From a virus (Duplodnaviria; Caudoviricetes), in the IMG/VR virus record IMGVR_UViG_3300017734_000002, positions 1-63,635 of that record: a DNA stretch of 63,635 bases; one strand, given 5' to 3'. A model generated the notes under the pieces. It worked only from the letters and a program-made list of their open reading frames with translations, searched no databases and was not told the DNA's origin. Positions 32,313 to 42,422 of the stretch are shown piece by piece (the stretch's first letter is position 1; every line of letters starts with the position of its first letter). The position numbers and the translations under genes were made by a program.

Positions 32313-34528
32313 TGTACCAGCAATCGCTTTATGAGGTTGTAGAACCTATAAAAATAAATACCGTAAAAAGACTTAATAAGTCTAAAAGCTGGAAATATGG
32401 TTATAACAAAGAGCATGATGTTGTAGTTATAAGCAGAACGGGTCAGATTGGTGAGGTGTATAGCATACAAAACTTGCACATAGCTTTACCCAAAAAACCT
32501 ACAAATGTTTTTAAGTTTGATAAAAATACTTGGGAAAAATCTGAATACCCAAAAGAGTTAGGTAAAATAAAAACAGTTTTTGACTGGAAAGAATATCCAG
32601 AAGACTTTAAAGAAAAATGGTATGATTACATCGATAATGAGTTTACCCGAAGGGAGGAAGGTTTTTGGTTTTATAACAAAAGCGTTCCTACTTACGTTAC
32701 TGGTACTCATTACATGTACTTGCAGTGGAGTAAAATCGACGTTGGAGCACCGGACTTTCGCGAGTCAAATAGATTATTCTATATTTTCTGGGAGGCTTGT
32801 AAGGCCGATTACAGATCCTATGGGATGTGCTATCTTAAGAATAGGCGATCTGGATTCTCATTTATGGCATCAGGCGAGGTGGTTAACATGGCAACCATAT
32901 CCTCTGACTCTAGATATGGAATATTATCTAAGAGTGGACCAGATGCGAAGAAGATGTTTACTGACAAGGTGGTACCAATATCCATTAATTACCCCTTCTT
33001 TTTCAAACCCATCCAGGACGGAATGGATCGTCCAAAGACCGAGCTTGCCTTCAGGGTCCCAGCCAGTAAGCTTACCAGAAGAAAACTTACCAGTAACGAA
33101 GCCTTACAGGAACTCGAGGGTCTCGACACCACGATCGACTGGAAGAATACGGGTGACAACTCCTACGACGGTGAGAAGCTTAAACTCCTCGTCCACGACG
33201 AGAGCGGTAAATGGGAGAGGCCGAACAACATCCTCAACAACTGGCGTGTTACGAAAACCACCCTACGACTAGGTAGTAGAGTAATTGGAAAGTGTATGAT
33301 GGGTTCAACATCAAATGCTTTAGATAAAGGTGGTGATAATTTTAAAAAATTATATAAAAACTCAGATGTTACAAAAAGAAACCGCAATGGACAGACAAGC
33401 TCAGGATTATATAGTTTGTTCATACCTATGGAATGGAACTACGAAGGATTCATTGATTCTTATGGCTTACCTGTATTCGATACACCCGAGCAAGAAACTT
33501 TTGGTCCCTATGGGGAAAATATAGATATAGGAATACTAGAGCATTGGCAAAACGAAGCTGATGGTTTAAAAAATGATGGAGATGCTTTAAATGAATTTTA
33601 TAGACAATTTCCACGTACTGAAGAACATGCTTTCAGAGATGAAACTAAAAATAGTATATTTAATTTAGCAAAAATATACGAGCAAATAGATTACAACGAA
33701 GAAACTAGATATGAAAATACTATAACAACAGGTAATTTCCAATGGTTAAATGGTGTAAAAGATAGTAAAGTTATATTTTATCCAGATAAAAACGGTAGAT
33801 TTAAACTAAGCTGGACACCACCTTCTCATCTACAAAATAATGTTGTAATGAAAAACGGTTTAAAAAGACCAGGTAATATCCACATGGGTTGTTTTGGTTG
33901 CGATAGTTATGATATATCAGGAACAGTTGACGGTAAAGGATCTAAAGGTGCATTGCATGGTTTAACAAAGTTTAGTATGGAGGATTCACCCGCTAATCAT
34001 TTCTTTTTAGAGTATATAGCTAGGCCTCAGACCGCTGAGATATTCTTTGAGGACGTTCTAATGGCACTTGTGTTTTACGGGATGCCTATACTAGCAGAGA
34101 ATAATAAACCCCGTCTATTGTATTATTTAAGAAGGCGTGGTTATAGAGGATATTCGATGAATAGGCCTGATAAGGTCTGGAATAAATTGTCAACCGCAGA
34201 AAAAGAAGTTGGTGGTATACCAAATTCAAGTGAAGACATAAAGCAAGCGCATGCCTCTGCTATTGAAATGTACATACAGGATCACGTTGGTATTACGCCA
34301 GATGGTTCTTTTGGAACAGTCTACTTTAATGAATTATTAAGTGACTGGGCTAAATTTGATATAAATAATAGAACTAAGTTTGATGCTTCTATTAGTTCTG
34401 GTTTAGCTATAATGGGTTGCAATAGGCATTTATATGCACCCAATGCTAAAGTAGAAAAACAAAAAATAAATATAAGTTTTGCTAGATACAAACAAAGCGG
34501 AACGCATTCAAAATTAATAGAAAATTAA
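32312..34528 (+). CDS. terL: Terminase large subunit
   Basis: KNRRSGFS Walker A variant, LLVHDESGKW Walker B, GST coupling motif, nuclease GCD and final D. Confidence 0.9.
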   Translation: MYQQSLYEVVEPIKINTVKRLNKSKSWKYGYNKEHDVVVISRTGQIGEVYSIQNLHIALPKKPTNVFKFDKNTWEKSEYPKELGKIKTVFDWKEYPEDFKEKWYDYIDNEFTRREEGFWFYNKSVPTYVTGTHYMYLQWSKIDVGAPDFRESNRLFYIFWEACKADYRSYGMCYLKNRRSGFSFMASGEVVNMATISSDSRYGILSKSGPDAKKMFTDKVVPISINYPFFFKPIQDGMDRPKTELAFRVPASKLTRRKLTSNEALQELEGLDTTIDWKNTGDNSYDGEKLKLLVHDESGKWERPNNILNNWRVTKTTLRLGSRVIGKCMMGSTSNALDKGGDNFKKLYKNSDVTKRNRNGQTSSGLYSLFIPMEWNYEGFIDSYGLPVFDTPEQETFGPYGENIDIGILEHWQNEADGLKNDGDALNEFYRQFPRTEEHAFRDETKNSIFNLAKIYEQIDYNEETRYENTITTGNFQWLNGVKDSKVIFYPDKNGRFKLSWTPPSHLQNNVVMKNGLKRPGNIHMGCFGCDSYDISGTVDGKGSKGALHGLTKFSMEDSPANHFFLEYIARPQTAEIFFEDVLMALVFYGMPILAENNKPRLLYYLRRRGYRGYSMNRPDKVWNKLSTAEKEVGGIPNSSEDIKQAHASAIEMYIQDHVGITPDGSFGTVYFNELLSDWAKFDINNRTKFDASISSGLAIMGCNRHLYAPNAKVEKQKINISFARYKQSGTHSKLIEN
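32637..33272 (+). CDS. Overprinted putative lipoprotein in the +1 frame of terL
   Basis: Stop-free for 230 codons; signal-like MSLPEGRKVFGFITKAFLLTLLVLITC; local shift of terL wobble positions to C/G. Confidence 0.55.
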   Translation: MSLPEGRKVFGFITKAFLLTLLVLITCTCSGVKSTLEHRTFASQIDYSIFSGRLVRPITDPMGCAILRIGDLDSHLWHQARWLTWQPYPLTLDMEYYLRVDQMRRRCLLTRWYQYPLITPSFSNPSRTEWIVQRPSLPSGSQPVSLPEENLPVTKPYRNSRVSTPRSTGRIRVTTPTTVRSLNSSSTTRAVNGRGRTTSSTTGVLRKPPYD

Positions 34529-34529
34529 T

Positions 34530-36959
34530 ATGGCTGAATCAGTTGTTAAAGGTTATTTTCCAAGTCAAGTCGCTAGCGATTTAGAAAAAATGAGTAAAGA
34601 CTACGGTTTGAAAGTTGCTAAAGCAATTGAAAGCGAGTGGTTTAAAAGAGACTCTGGTACTAATAGGTTCTTTGGTAATCAAACAGAATTTCATAAACTA
34701 AGACTATACGCTAGAGGAGAACAATCGATACAAAAATATAAAGACGAATTATCTATAAACGGTGACTTAAGCTATTTAAACTTAGACTGGAAACCAGTAC
34801 CTGTTATACCAAAGTTTGTAGACATAGTTGTAAACGGTATCTCAGAAAGAGTTTATGACATAAAAGCATACTCTCAAGACCCCTCAGGCGTTAGCAAAAG
34901 AACAGCTTACATGGAGTCTGTATTAAGAGACATGCGCAGTCAAGATTTAATATCATTCGCTAAAGAGTCTTTTGGTATAAATTTAGCTGAAAATGATCCT
35001 GAAAAACTACCTGATTCTCAAGAAGAATTAGATTTACATATGCAGCTTAGTTACAAGCAAGCTGTAGAATTAGCGGAAGAGCAAGCTATAAACGTAGTAT
35101 TAGACGGTAATAAATACGATTTAACAAGAAGAAGAGTTAATTATGATTTAACAGTTTTAGGTATTGGAGCTGTTAAAACTGTTTATAATAAAGCTGAAGG
35201 TATAAAAGTAGAGTATGTTGACCCTGCTAATATGGTTTATTCGTACACAGAAGATCCTTATTTTAGCGATGTTTACTATGTAGGTGAGGTTAAAAACGTA
35301 CCTATTAACGAGCTCAAAAAACAATTTCCTAACTTAACAGATGATCAGTTAAACAAAATAACTGGTCAAGGTTTTCAAAATCAAGGTTTTTATAATAGAA
35401 GCCTTACAGAATCAAACCAAGTTGATAAAAACCAAGTGCAAGTTTTATATTTTAATTATAAAACATATGCTAATGAGGTTTATAAAGTAAAAGAAACAGC
35501 AACTGGAGCTAGCAAAGTTATAGTAAAAGATGATACTTTTAATCCTATATTAGATGAAGCTTTAGAAATGAAGTTTGGTAAACTACAAAAATCACTTGAA
35601 GTTTTATATGAAGGAGCTATCATATTAGGTACTGATATATTACTTAAGTGGAATTTGAGTAAAAACATGATGAGACCTAAAAGTGATTATACTAAGGTTA
35701 AGATGAACTACGCTATGTGCGCGCCACGAATGTATAAAGGTAGAATAGAAAGTTTAGTAAGTCGTATAACTGGTTTTGCTGACATGATACAGTTAACTCA
35801 TCTAAAACTACAACAGGTTATGTCTAGAATGACACCTGATGGTATATATTTAGATGTAGATGGTTTAGCAGAAATAGATTTAGGTAATGGAACAAATTAC
35901 AACCCACAAGAAGCGTTAAACATGTTTTTCCAAACTGGTAGTATTATAGGTAGATCTATGACTAGTGAAGGTGACATGAACCCAGGTAAAGTTCCAATAC
36001 AAGAAATACAAAATGGTAATGCTGGTGGTAAAATGCAAAGTTTGATTGGTACATATAACTATTATTTGCAAATGATCCGCGACGTAACCGGGTTAAACGA
36101 AGCATCAGACGCTTCTACTCCTTCAAAAGATGCTTTAGTTGGTGTTCAAAAAATAGCAGCAGCTAATAGTAACACAGCAACAAGACATATATTACAATCT
36201 GGTTTATTCTTAACATCGGAAGTTGCAGAAGCTGTTTCATTAAGAGTTTCTGATATATTAGAGTACTCTCCAACAAAAGATGCTTATATACAAAAAATAG
36301 GTATACATAATGTAGCTACTTTAGCAGAAATGCAAAACCTACATTTATGTGATTTTGGTATAACAATAGAGTTATCTCCTGATGAGGAGCAAAAACAAAT
36401 GCTTGAAAACAATATACAGATGGCTCTTAGTGGAGGAGGCATAGAACTTGAAGATGCTATTGATCTAAGAGAAATTAAAAACGTTAAACTAGCAAATCAA
36501 TTGCTAAAAATACGTAGAAAAAAGAAAATTGAAAAAGATCAGATGATGCAGCAGCAAAACATACAAGCACAAGCTCAAGCTAACGCTCAAGCGCAACAAG
36601 TTGCTGCACAGGCTGAAATACAGAAAAATCAAGCTATAACTGAACAAAAAATACAGTTAGAGCAAATACAAGCACAATTAGAAGATTCTAAAATGGCTAA
36701 AGAGGTAATGCATAAAAAAGAACTTATGAATTATGAGTTTCAACTTAACATGCAACTAAAAAGCTTAGAGGTAGAAGGCGCTAAAAACAAAGAAGCTTAC
36801 AAAGAAGATCGTAAAGATCAAAGAACAAAAATGCAGGCTACTCAACAATCTGAATTAATGGACCAAAGAAATAATGGCAAAGCGCCTAAAAACTTTGAGT
36901 CTTCAGGTAATGATAGTATGAGTGGAGGCATTGACTTAGGTTCATTTGGACCTAGGTAA
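34530..36959 (+). CDS. Portal protein
   Basis: 809 aa directly after terL; helical, Q-rich C-terminal barrel as in P22-like portals. Confidence 0.8.
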   Translation: MAESVVKGYFPSQVASDLEKMSKDYGLKVAKAIESEWFKRDSGTNRFFGNQTEFHKLRLYARGEQSIQKYKDELSINGDLSYLNLDWKPVPVIPKFVDIVVNGISERVYDIKAYSQDPSGVSKRTAYMESVLRDMRSQDLISFAKESFGINLAENDPEKLPDSQEELDLHMQLSYKQAVELAEEQAINVVLDGNKYDLTRRRVNYDLTVLGIGAVKTVYNKAEGIKVEYVDPANMVYSYTEDPYFSDVYYVGEVKNVPINELKKQFPNLTDDQLNKITGQGFQNQGFYNRSLTESNQVDKNQVQVLYFNYKTYANEVYKVKETATGASKVIVKDDTFNPILDEALEMKFGKLQKSLEVLYEGAIILGTDILLKWNLSKNMMRPKSDYTKVKMNYAMCAPRMYKGRIESLVSRITGFADMIQLTHLKLQQVMSRMTPDGIYLDVDGLAEIDLGNGTNYNPQEALNMFFQTGSIIGRSMTSEGDMNPGKVPIQEIQNGNAGGKMQSLIGTYNYYLQMIRDVTGLNEASDASTPSKDALVGVQKIAAANSNTATRHILQSGLFLTSEVAEAVSLRVSDILEYSPTKDAYIQKIGIHNVATLAEMQNLHLCDFGITIELSPDEEQKQMLENNIQMALSGGGIELEDAIDLREIKNVKLANQLLKIRRKKKIEKDQMMQQQNIQAQAQANAQAQQVAAQAEIQKNQAITEQKIQLEQIQAQLEDSKMAKEVMHKKELMNYEFQLNMQLKSLEVEGAKNKEAYKEDRKDQRTKMQATQQSELMDQRNNGKAPKNFESSGNDSMSGGIDLGSFGPR

Positions 36960-36987
36960 TTATTTATTAATTTTATAATATCATATT

Positions 36988-38151
36988 ATGGCAGAAGAAC
37001 AAAAACAAGAAGAACTTCAAGAAGAAGCTGTAGAGCAGAATCAAAAGGTTCAAGCTGAGGCTGTTCCAGAAGAACAAGCTAGTGATGTACCAAAATCTGA
37101 AGTTTTAGAAGATGGTACAATTAAACTTGACTTATCAGCTAAACCAGCTGAAGAAGAAGTTAAAACCGATGATCAACTAGAAAACGTTGAAAAACAAGTT
37201 GAAAATCAGGAACAAGAAACACCTATTGTTGAAGAAATAACTGAAGAAGAAGTTATTGAGCAAGCTGAAGAAGTACAAGAAGAAGTTGAAGAAGCTATAG
37301 CTGAAGCCCAGCAAACAGGTGAACCTTTACCAGAAAACATACAAAAAGTCGTAGACTTTATGGAAGAAACTGGTGGAAGCTTAGAAGATTATGTAAAGCT
37401 AAATCAAGATTTTAGTAATTATAATGACAAAGCTTTATTAAAAGAATATTACAAACAAACTAAACCTCACTTAGAAGAAGAAGAAATAAACTTCTTAATG
37501 GAAGATAATTTTTCATTCGACGAAGAAGTCGACGACGAGAGAGATGTTAGAAGAAAAAAATTAGCACTAAAAGAGCAGGTTGCAAGTGCTAAAAGCCACT
37601 TAGACGGGCTAAAGTCTAAATACTATGAAGAGATCAAGGCTGGTAGCAAGTTACTCCCAGAGCAACAGAAAGCAGTTGAGTTCTTTAATAGATATAACAA
37701 AGAGTCTGAGGAAAATCAGAAATTACAAGATCACTATAAAGATGTGTTTCAACAAAAAACAAATAATGTTTTTAACGATCAGTTCAAAGGTTTTGAATAT
37801 AGGGTTGGTGAAAAGAAATATAGGTTTAACGTAAAAGATTCTGGTAAAGTCAAAGATACTCAAAGCGACATTAATAATTTTGTCAAGAAGTTCTTGAATG
37901 AAAAAAATGAGATGTCTGATGCTACGGGTTATCACAAAGGCTTATTTACCGCTATGAATCCAGATCTAGTAGCTCAACATTTTTACGAACAAGGTAAGGC
38001 TGATGCTGTTAAAAACAGTGTAGCTAAAGCTAAAAACATCGATATGGAACCAAGGTCAACTCACGAGAAAGCCCCAAGTCCAAACGGTTTTACAGTAAGA
38101 AGCGTTGACAACGACACCGGAGACTTTAAGTTTAAAATAAAAACTAGATAA
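36988..38151 (+). CDS. Capsid scaffolding protein
   Basis: Very acidic N-terminus, coiled-coil, between portal and capsid. Confidence 0.7.
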   Translation: MAEEQKQEELQEEAVEQNQKVQAEAVPEEQASDVPKSEVLEDGTIKLDLSAKPAEEEVKTDDQLENVEKQVENQEQETPIVEEITEEEVIEQAEEVQEEVEEAIAEAQQTGEPLPENIQKVVDFMEETGGSLEDYVKLNQDFSNYNDKALLKEYYKQTKPHLEEEEINFLMEDNFSFDEEVDDERDVRRKKLALKEQVASAKSHLDGLKSKYYEEIKAGSKLLPEQQKAVEFFNRYNKESEENQKLQDHYKDVFQQKTNNVFNDQFKGFEYRVGEKKYRFNVKDSGKVKDTQSDINNFVKKFLNEKNEMSDATGYHKGLFTAMNPDLVAQHFYEQGKADAVKNSVAKAKNIDMEPRSTHEKAPSPNGFTVRSVDNDTGDFKFKIKTR

Positions 38152-38174
38152 TTTAACATTAAAAATTAAAGATT

Positions 38175-39632
38175 ATGCCTTTTAATTCATCAGGTGCTGC
38201 ATTAGCGCACCTAACCCCGAGACCTGTAAAAGATTTATACGGGTCGAATTATCTGTCAATCACAGGTAATGATTACAACTTTACTAAACAATTCCTACCA
38301 GAAGTTTACGAAAAAGAAGTTGAAAGATTTGGTAACAGAACTGTTGCTGGATTTTTGAAAATGGTAGGAGCTGAAATGCCTATGGCCTCTGACCGAGTAG
38401 TTTGGTCTGAACAAGGTCGTATTCACGTTGCTTTTAGTGACTGTTCTACAGATGCTAACGGTGGTGCTACAAATGAGTTAACTTTTTCATCAGCGGCTAA
38501 CGCTTCTATGATTGAAATTCATGACACTATCATCGTTAACAGCGGAGGAACTACAGTAAAATGTTACGTTTCAGCTAAGCCAAGTGCAACTACTGCTACT
38601 GTTATTCCTTACACTGCTGCTACTTTAGCCGCTGCTGGTATTGCGAATGACACTGCTAACTTAAACGTATTTGTATATGGTTCTGAGTATAAAAAAGGAT
38701 CTAGTTTAGCTGGAAACTCTAAAGATGCTGACTTTACTACTTTTAGTAATAAGCCAATTATCTTAAGAGACAAGTACAGTGTAAACGGTTCTGATACTGC
38801 TAGCATCGGCTGGGTAGAAGTAACTACTGAGTCTGGAACTGGTGGATATCTATGGTACTTAAAATCAGAACACGAAGCACGTCTAAGATTTGAAGATCAA
38901 TTAGAAATGGCGATGATTGAAGCTGAGCCAGTTTCTGGTAACCAAATGGATGGTGCTGGTGTTTTTGAAACTGCTGCTGTTGTAGGACAACACGGAACTC
39001 AAGGTTTATTCTCTGCTATTGAAGAAAGAGGATTAATTTACAATAACCCTGATTTTGGTTCTGTTTCTGCAGGCGAAGGAATTGCTGAATTTGACGTTGT
39101 GTTACAAGAGCTTGATAAGCAAGGAGCTATCGAAGAAAATATGATGTTCTTAAATAGAGGAACGTCTTTAGCTATCGATAATATGCTAGCTGTTCAAAAC
39201 TCTTATGGATCTGGAGGTACATCTTACGGTGTATTTGACAATTCAGAAGACATGGCGCTTAACTTAGGATTCTCAGGATTCCGAAGAGGTTCTTACGATT
39301 TTTACAAGTCTGACTGGAAATACCTAAACGATGGTACTACAAGAGGATTAGTTGGTGATGTACAAGGAGTATTAGTTCCTGCTGGAACAAGTACTGTTTA
39401 CGATCAGCAATTAGGTAAGAACATCAAAAGACCTTTCTTACATATCCGTTATAGAGCTTCTGAAGCTGATGACAGACGTATGAAGTCTTGGATCACTGGA
39501 TCTGTTGGTGGTAACTACACTAGCGACGAAGACGCAATGAACGTTCATTTCTTATCAGAAAGATGTTTATGTGTTCAAGCTGCTAACAACTTCATCTTGT
39601 TTAAAGATGCTGATGGTGTTACTGGTGACTAA
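38175..39632 (+). CDS. Major capsid protein
   Basis: Position after the scaffold, highly biased codon usage, followed by a terminator-like hairpin. Confidence 0.8.
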   Translation: MPFNSSGAALAHLTPRPVKDLYGSNYLSITGNDYNFTKQFLPEVYEKEVERFGNRTVAGFLKMVGAEMPMASDRVVWSEQGRIHVAFSDCSTDANGGATNELTFSSAANASMIEIHDTIIVNSGGTTVKCYVSAKPSATTATVIPYTAATLAAAGIANDTANLNVFVYGSEYKKGSSLAGNSKDADFTTFSNKPIILRDKYSVNGSDTASIGWVEVTTESGTGGYLWYLKSEHEARLRFEDQLEMAMIEAEPVSGNQMDGAGVFETAAVVGQHGTQGLFSAIEERGLIYNNPDFGSVSAGEGIAEFDVVLQELDKQGAIEENMMFLNRGTSLAIDNMLAVQNSYGSGGTSYGVFDNSEDMALNLGFSGFRRGSYDFYKSDWKYLNDGTTRGLVGDVQGVLVPAGTSTVYDQQLGKNIKRPFLHIRYRASEADDRRMKSWITGSVGGNYTSDEDAMNVHFLSERCLCVQAANNFILFKDADGVTGD

Positions 39633-39651
39633 TCAATAACTAATGTAATTT

Positions 39652-39690
39652 TTACCCTCGTTATATCAACGGGGGTAATTATTACTTTTA
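39652..39690 (+). terminator. Intrinsic terminator-like hairpin after the capsid gene
   Basis: ttaccctcgtt-atatc-aacgggggtaa then a T-rich run. Confidence 0.6.
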
Positions 39691-39707
39691 TTAAATTATA
39701 TTATATT

Positions 39708-40469
39708 ATGAAAAAGCAAGAAAAAGCTCCTACGGCTTGGGAGATTAAAGATAGAGTTTATTTATTAAAAGGTAACAAAACACCTTTATTATTTACAGTA
39801 CCTGCAAAACACAGTAGAGCAAAAGCTTTATTATGGTTTGACGAAGAAAAAGGTATTCAAAGAGAGTTAAGATACGCTACTAACCAAAACTCACCATTTG
39901 TTGATGAGCAAAAAGGTCAAGTAACTTTAGGACATATATTTTTTAGAGATGGCAAGTTAATGGTGCCAAAGCAAAAACAAAATTTACAAAAACTGTTATC
40001 GCTTTATCACCCTATGAAAAACAGACAATTTTTTGAAAAAGATGATCAAATGGACGCTGAAGTTGATTTGAACTACTTAGAGACAGAAATTGAAGCTTTA
40101 AAAATAGCGTCTACACTAGATATAGACGATGCAGAAGCTATATTAAGAGTTGAAACTGGAACCAACGTATCTTCATTAACTAGTAAAGAAATAAAAAGAG
40201 ACATAATAGTTTTTGCTAGAAACAACCCAGCGCAATTTTTAGAGCTAATGCAAGATGAAGATATTCATTTAAAAAATATAGCTATGAAAGCTGTTAAGTT
40301 AAAAGTTATAAAAATGTCACCAGATGGCAGAGCTTTTCTTTGGGAGAAAAATAGTAAAAAAATAATGGGTATACCGTTTGATCAAGATCCATACCCAGCA
40401 ATAGCTGATTGGTTTAAGACAGACGAAGGAATGGAAGTTCTAGATAGTATACAAAAGAAAATGAAATAG
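39708..40469 (+). CDS. Conserved hypothetical protein
   Basis: 253-aa ORF downstream of the capsid gene. Confidence 0.75.
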   Translation: MKKQEKAPTAWEIKDRVYLLKGNKTPLLFTVPAKHSRAKALLWFDEEKGIQRELRYATNQNSPFVDEQKGQVTLGHIFFRDGKLMVPKQKQNLQKLLSLYHPMKNRQFFEKDDQMDAEVDLNYLETEIEALKIASTLDIDDAEAILRVETGTNVSSLTSKEIKRDIIVFARNNPAQFLELMQDEDIHLKNIAMKAVKLKVIKMSPDGRAFLWEKNSKKIMGIPFDQDPYPAIADWFKTDEGMEVLDSIQKKMK

Positions 40470-40481
40470 ATTACCTATAGT

Positions 40482-40515
40482 AGTTAGGCTACTTTAACGG
40501 TAGCCTAATTATTAT
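40482..40515 (+). terminator. Hairpin/terminator
   Basis: agttaggctac-tttaacg-gtagcctaatt. Confidence 0.55.
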
Positions 40516-40529
40516 AAATAAAAAAAATT

Positions 40530-41324
40530 ATGGCAGTAAGCATAGATACAGTATATCAAAGAGTTTTAGCTATAGCTAATAAAGAACAAAGAGGTTATAT
40601 AACGCCTCAAGAGTTTAATTTATTGGCTAATCAAGCTCAAATGGACTTGTTTGAACAATATTTTTTTGATTTAAAACAATTCTTGCAGCAACTAGGTAAT
40701 GATACCACTCACGGTGATGCTGTAGATATTATTAAAGAAAAAATAGATGTATTTGAAAGATATAGACAACCAGTTGTTATGTCTACTAATTCTAGTCAAA
40801 ACGGCATGGGTACCTTACCTTTATACTATAGATTAGGTGAATTATACTTTTTTCACGCAGACTGTGTTGGTGGTGCTAGATATATTGAAATAGAAAAAAT
40901 GAACCAAAATGAGGTTCATCATATAATAAATTCTCCACTAACTTCCCCAAATTTAAACCAACCTGTTTATGTTAGAACTAGAGGTGTAGTTCCTAACGAT
41001 GCTAGTGATCAAGCTCAGACATCTACTACATCAAACGAGATAAGTTTATCAAGATCTATACAGGTTTATCCTACCACAATAACAAGCAATGTTGTTTGTA
41101 ACTACATAGCTAGACCAGCACAAGTAAACTGGGGTTATACAGTTGTCAACGAACAAGCATTATACAACTCTGCCACAACCGTTGATTTTGAGTTACACCA
41201 ATCAGAAGAAGTTAATTTAGTTTTTAAAATACTAGCTTTAGCGGGTGTATTAATAAAAGACCCAACAATGTACCAGATAGCTAACACCGAAACTCAAAAC
41301 GATATTCAAGAAGAAAAACTATAA
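40530..41324 (+). CDS. Head-tail adaptor/tail tubular protein
   Basis: Position and NKEQRGYITPQEFN motif; podovirus neck region. Confidence 0.55.
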   Translation: MAVSIDTVYQRVLAIANKEQRGYITPQEFNLLANQAQMDLFEQYFFDLKQFLQQLGNDTTHGDAVDIIKEKIDVFERYRQPVVMSTNSSQNGMGTLPLYYRLGELYFFHADCVGGARYIEIEKMNQNEVHHIINSPLTSPNLNQPVYVRTRGVVPNDASDQAQTSTTSNEISLSRSIQVYPTTITSNVVCNYIARPAQVNWGYTVVNEQALYNSATTVDFELHQSEEVNLVFKILALAGVLIKDPTMYQIANTETQNDIQEEKL

Positions 41325-41327
41325 GAT

Positions 41328-42419
41328 ATGCCTTTATTTACAGGAACACAGCAGCAATATTACAATAACAGTCAGTCATTCACTGGTGATGGTAGTACAA
41401 CTGCTTTTACTTTAACATTTTCACCTCTACCAGCAAGTATAAACAACTTTAAAGTATATTTTAATGGATCAGAGGCAAACACAAGCTTATACGATGGAAC
41501 GCCTTACAATAGTAGTACAGGTGTATTAACGTTTGATAGTGCTCCTGCTAATGGTGTTATTATACTTGTTCAACAGTTTAATTTTGAAGAGCAATTAGGT
41601 AACTATCAATTTGTGGGTTTAAATGATATTATAAATAACTTTATTATATCTTATGTTGGTGAAGATAAAGTAATACCAAAAGTAAGAAGAGCTGATGTAT
41701 CTTTTCATGCTCAAAGAGGGTTACAAGAGCTTAGTTACGACACTTTTAAATGTACTAAAGCTCAAGAAATAGAAATACCACCATCACTAACAATGAAACT
41801 ACCACATGATTATGTTAACTATGTTAAGTTAGCATGGTCAGATAGCTCTGGAATAGAACATATTATATACCCTAGTGGTAAAACTAGTAACCCTACAGCA
41901 GTTCTACAATCAGGAACTTATGATTATTTGTTTGATCAAGACGGTAGTTTACTCACAGCACAAGATTCAGATTCTTGGATAAAATATAGATCTAACTCTG
42001 AGTCACCTTCAGCAGATACAACTGCTAGTTTATATGATTATCTAACTGACGCTGGAAGAAGATACGGTATAAATCCAGAGACAGCTCAATCAAACGGTGT
42101 ATTTTATATAGACTCTGCAAGAGGTTTAATACATTTTAGTTCTGATTTAAATGGTAAAACTATTGTGTTAAAATACATAAGTGATAGCTTGGGAACAGAC
42201 GCTGAAATGATAGTTCATAAGTTTGCTGAAGAAGCAATGTACAAATACATAGCTCACGCTATATTATCAACAAGAGCAAATGTTCAGGAATATATAATAA
42301 ATAGATTTAAAAGAGATAAGTTTAACGCTATAAGAACTGCTAAACTAAGGCTTTCTAATTTAAAATCAGAAGAATTAACTCAAATAATGCGAGGTAAATC
42401 TAAGCAAATAAAACACTAA
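41328..42419 (+). CDS. Virion structural (tail/ring) protein
   Basis: FTGDGSTTAF start, LPHDYVNYV motif. Confidence 0.55.
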   Translation: MPLFTGTQQQYYNNSQSFTGDGSTTAFTLTFSPLPASINNFKVYFNGSEANTSLYDGTPYNSSTGVLTFDSAPANGVIILVQQFNFEEQLGNYQFVGLNDIINNFIISYVGEDKVIPKVRRADVSFHAQRGLQELSYDTFKCTKAQEIEIPPSLTMKLPHDYVNYVKLAWSDSSGIEHIIYPSGKTSNPTAVLQSGTYDYLFDQDGSLLTAQDSDSWIKYRSNSESPSADTTASLYDYLTDAGRRYGINPETAQSNGVFYIDSARGLIHFSSDLNGKTIVLKYISDSLGTDAEMIVHKFAEEAMYKYIAHAILSTRANVQEYIINRFKRDKFNAIRTAKLRLSNLKSEELTQIMRGKSKQIKH

Positions 42420-42422
42420 AAT

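Noticed and set aside
34020-34150. Second mildly GC-rich patch in terL
   Set aside because: No long alternative ORF or convincing hairpin found by eye
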